From a virus (taxonomy: Duplodnaviria; Caudoviricetes), in IMG/VR virus record IMGVR_UViG_3300049044_000095, positions 1 through 45,203 of that record: DNA of 45,203 nt; one strand, written 5' to 3'. The position numbers were made by a program, and so were the translations under genes. Positions within the stretch are counted from its first letter, which is position 1; each line of letters begins with the position of its first letter. The notes under the pieces were generated by a model. That model did not search any database and was not told the DNA's origin. It worked only from the letters and a program-made list of their open reading frames with translations. Shown here in pieces: positions 43,862 to 45,203 of this stretch.

Positions 43862-44338
43862 TCAGAACGCGGACGGGGCGCCGCGCTTCTTGCGCTCGTT
43901 GTAGACGCGCTCGATCTCGTCGAGCCGGTCGCCGTAGCCGGCGGCGTGGAGGCGCTCGACCGCGACCTGAGCGTTGGAACCCCAGTTGCCGGCCAACACC
44001 TCGTTGACGACGTCGTCGGTGGACTTGAGTGCGCCCTTCTCGACGCCCTCGGTGGAGAAGCCGCGGAAGTCCGACTCCGGAACGGCGTTCTCGCCCTTGC
44101 CGTCGAACGTGTGGCGGGAGAGGAGCGCCTTGATGTCGGAGGCCTCGGTCTCCTTGTCGACCTCGCTGGCGGCGTGCTTCGCGGGAGCCGTCGGAGCCGT
44201 CGGAGCGGGGGTCTTCTCGGCCGGTGCGTCAGCCGACCCCGGCTGCGGGGATTCGATCTGCGCGGGATCGTCGTTGGTCTGGTTCTTCTGGGCTTCGGTC
44301 ACGGGCTTGGCCTTCCTGGACGATGCGGACGTTGCCAC
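43862..44338 (-). CDS. Protein with CW_7 (Cpl-7-like) cell-wall-binding motif
   Basis: DDVVNEVLAGNWGSNAQVAVERLHAAGY after a Pro/Ala-rich disordered N-terminus. Confidence 0.65.
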   Translation of the reverse strand: MATSASSRKAKPVTEAQKNQTNDDPAQIESPQPGSADAPAEKTPAPTAPTAPAKHAASEVDKETEASDIKALLSRHTFDGKGENAVPESDFRGFSTEGVEKGALKSTDDVVNEVLAGNWGSNAQVAVERLHAAGYGDRLDEIERVYNERKKRGAPSAF

Positions 44339-44739
44339 AGTGTTGTGTCTCCGGGTGTTCTCGGCTTGTACGGTTGTATAAGCTGACTCTCGTCGCCGAA
44401 GTGAATGGCGTTGTGAGTCCGATGGGTCGTGAGAATAAGGAACTCGGGATCGAGAGCGTTGGGAGTCCCTAGAATGATGTCCTCTTCGACGAGAGGATTC
44501 ATGTGATGCACGATCGGACGATCAGAAATCTCGTAGCCCTCAACGCCAAGGTCACAACCGAGATCTCGCAATAGAACCTGGCGGCGAATACGACGCCACT
44601 GACTGGATGTGTAGAATCTTTGATTCACCCAGCGAGTGAATCCGAAAGTTTCACACCCAACGACTCCTCTGACGGAAAGGTACCGATACCTTTCCTCGAA
44701 AGTCGGAAGCTCGATGAGCTCAGAATACGATCTCGTCAC
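44299..44739 (-). CDS. HNH endonuclease (packaging-associated type)
   Basis: FY.S.QW...R..V..RD..C, VHHMNP, L..H..HN..H; upstream of the terminase and head module. Confidence 0.85.
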   Translation of the reverse strand: MTRSYSELIELPTFEERYRYLSVRGVVGCETFGFTRWVNQRFYTSSQWRRIRRQVLLRDLGCDLGVEGYEISDRPIVHHMNPLVEEDIILGTPNALDPEFLILTTHRTHNAIHFGDESQLIQPYKPRTPGDTTLWQRPHRPGRPSP

Positions 44740-45109
44740 GATGCACCTCGTACTGAGAATCGTCAAGGTCGATCGCGTCATCGCTAGCTGGCTTTTGACC
44801 GCTGTAAGATCGCATGGCAGCCAATGCCTCCGTGTATAGAGCCTCGATGTGCTTCTGAGACTCCATCACTTCTTTCTTCGTCGCAAGAAGTTCGTTCTCC
44901 TTGCGAATCTTCTCTTGCTCGAGCCGTTCACGCGAAGAACCGAGCTTGAGATAGTGCGTAATGACCTGAGCCGAGGCTGTTCCCTCAAGAATTTGCCTCT
45001 CAGCCAAGTTCATCGCCGCCACGATGATCTGATCTTCTCGATCCTGCTCTCTAGAGGCAGGGACACGAGAGGATCTCACCACAACCTCCTGGGATTTGCG
45101 GCGATTCAT
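44720..45109 (-). CDS. Putative terminase small subunit
   Basis: First gene of the packaging arm; helical, GTASAQVITHYLKLGS; function inferred from position. Confidence 0.5.
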   Translation of the reverse strand: MNRRKSQEVVVRSSRVPASREQDREDQIIVAAMNLAERQILEGTASAQVITHYLKLGSSRERLEQEKIRKENELLATKKEVMESQKHIEALYTEALAAMRSYSGQKPASDDAIDLDDSQYEVHRDEIVF

Positions 45110-45180
45110 CAGTCTTCCTACCTCCTTCCCGGCAGGTCCCGATGGGAAACATTCGACTAAAAGTTCCCCCGGAGCAATTT
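45055..45180. repeat. Terminal direct repeat, copy 2
   Basis: Identical to 1-126. Confidence 0.95.
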
Positions 45181-45203
45181 CGCGTCCCTCCCAAAAATTG
45201 CTC

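Overview
The window looks like an essentially complete ~45.05 kb genome of a tailed dsDNA siphovirus. Bases 1-126 recur at 45055-45180, so the assembly is circular. It is GC-rich, and its protein families and layout resemble actinobacterial phages of the Arthrobacter AU/AM, Streptomyces BI and Rhodococcus Pepy6 type; the host is inferred. All credible genes are on the minus strand. In transcription order they are: TerS-like protein, HNH, CW_7 protein, amidase endolysin, tail spike, head-tail adaptor, TerL, portal, protease-capsid fusion, tail genes, holin, small promoter-gene-hairpin cassettes, conserved hypotheticals, a fused helicase-primase-PolB replicase, SSB, KOW/SH3-like proteins, SF2 helicase, an AT-rich palindromic candidate origin, nucleases, and an 882-aa protein. 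I found no integrase, repressor, tRNA or CRISPR array. The most interesting system is a possible phage-specific transcription apparatus with four parts: (1) a single-subunit two-barrel YonO/QDE-1-like RNA polymerase carrying HTH domains at both ends; (2) a repeated promoter TCGCA-N6-ACA-N5-TATAAT-GAGACCC that heads modular cassettes; (3) a second motif, GTCAAAATGGTAGCT, in front of virion genes; (4) a protein with about six KOW-like repeats. An N-terminal LxH(Y/F)G tag on the polymerase matches His motifs in the capsid precursor linker, which could mean the polymerase is packaged. All protein calls come from motif recognition by eye, with no database searches.
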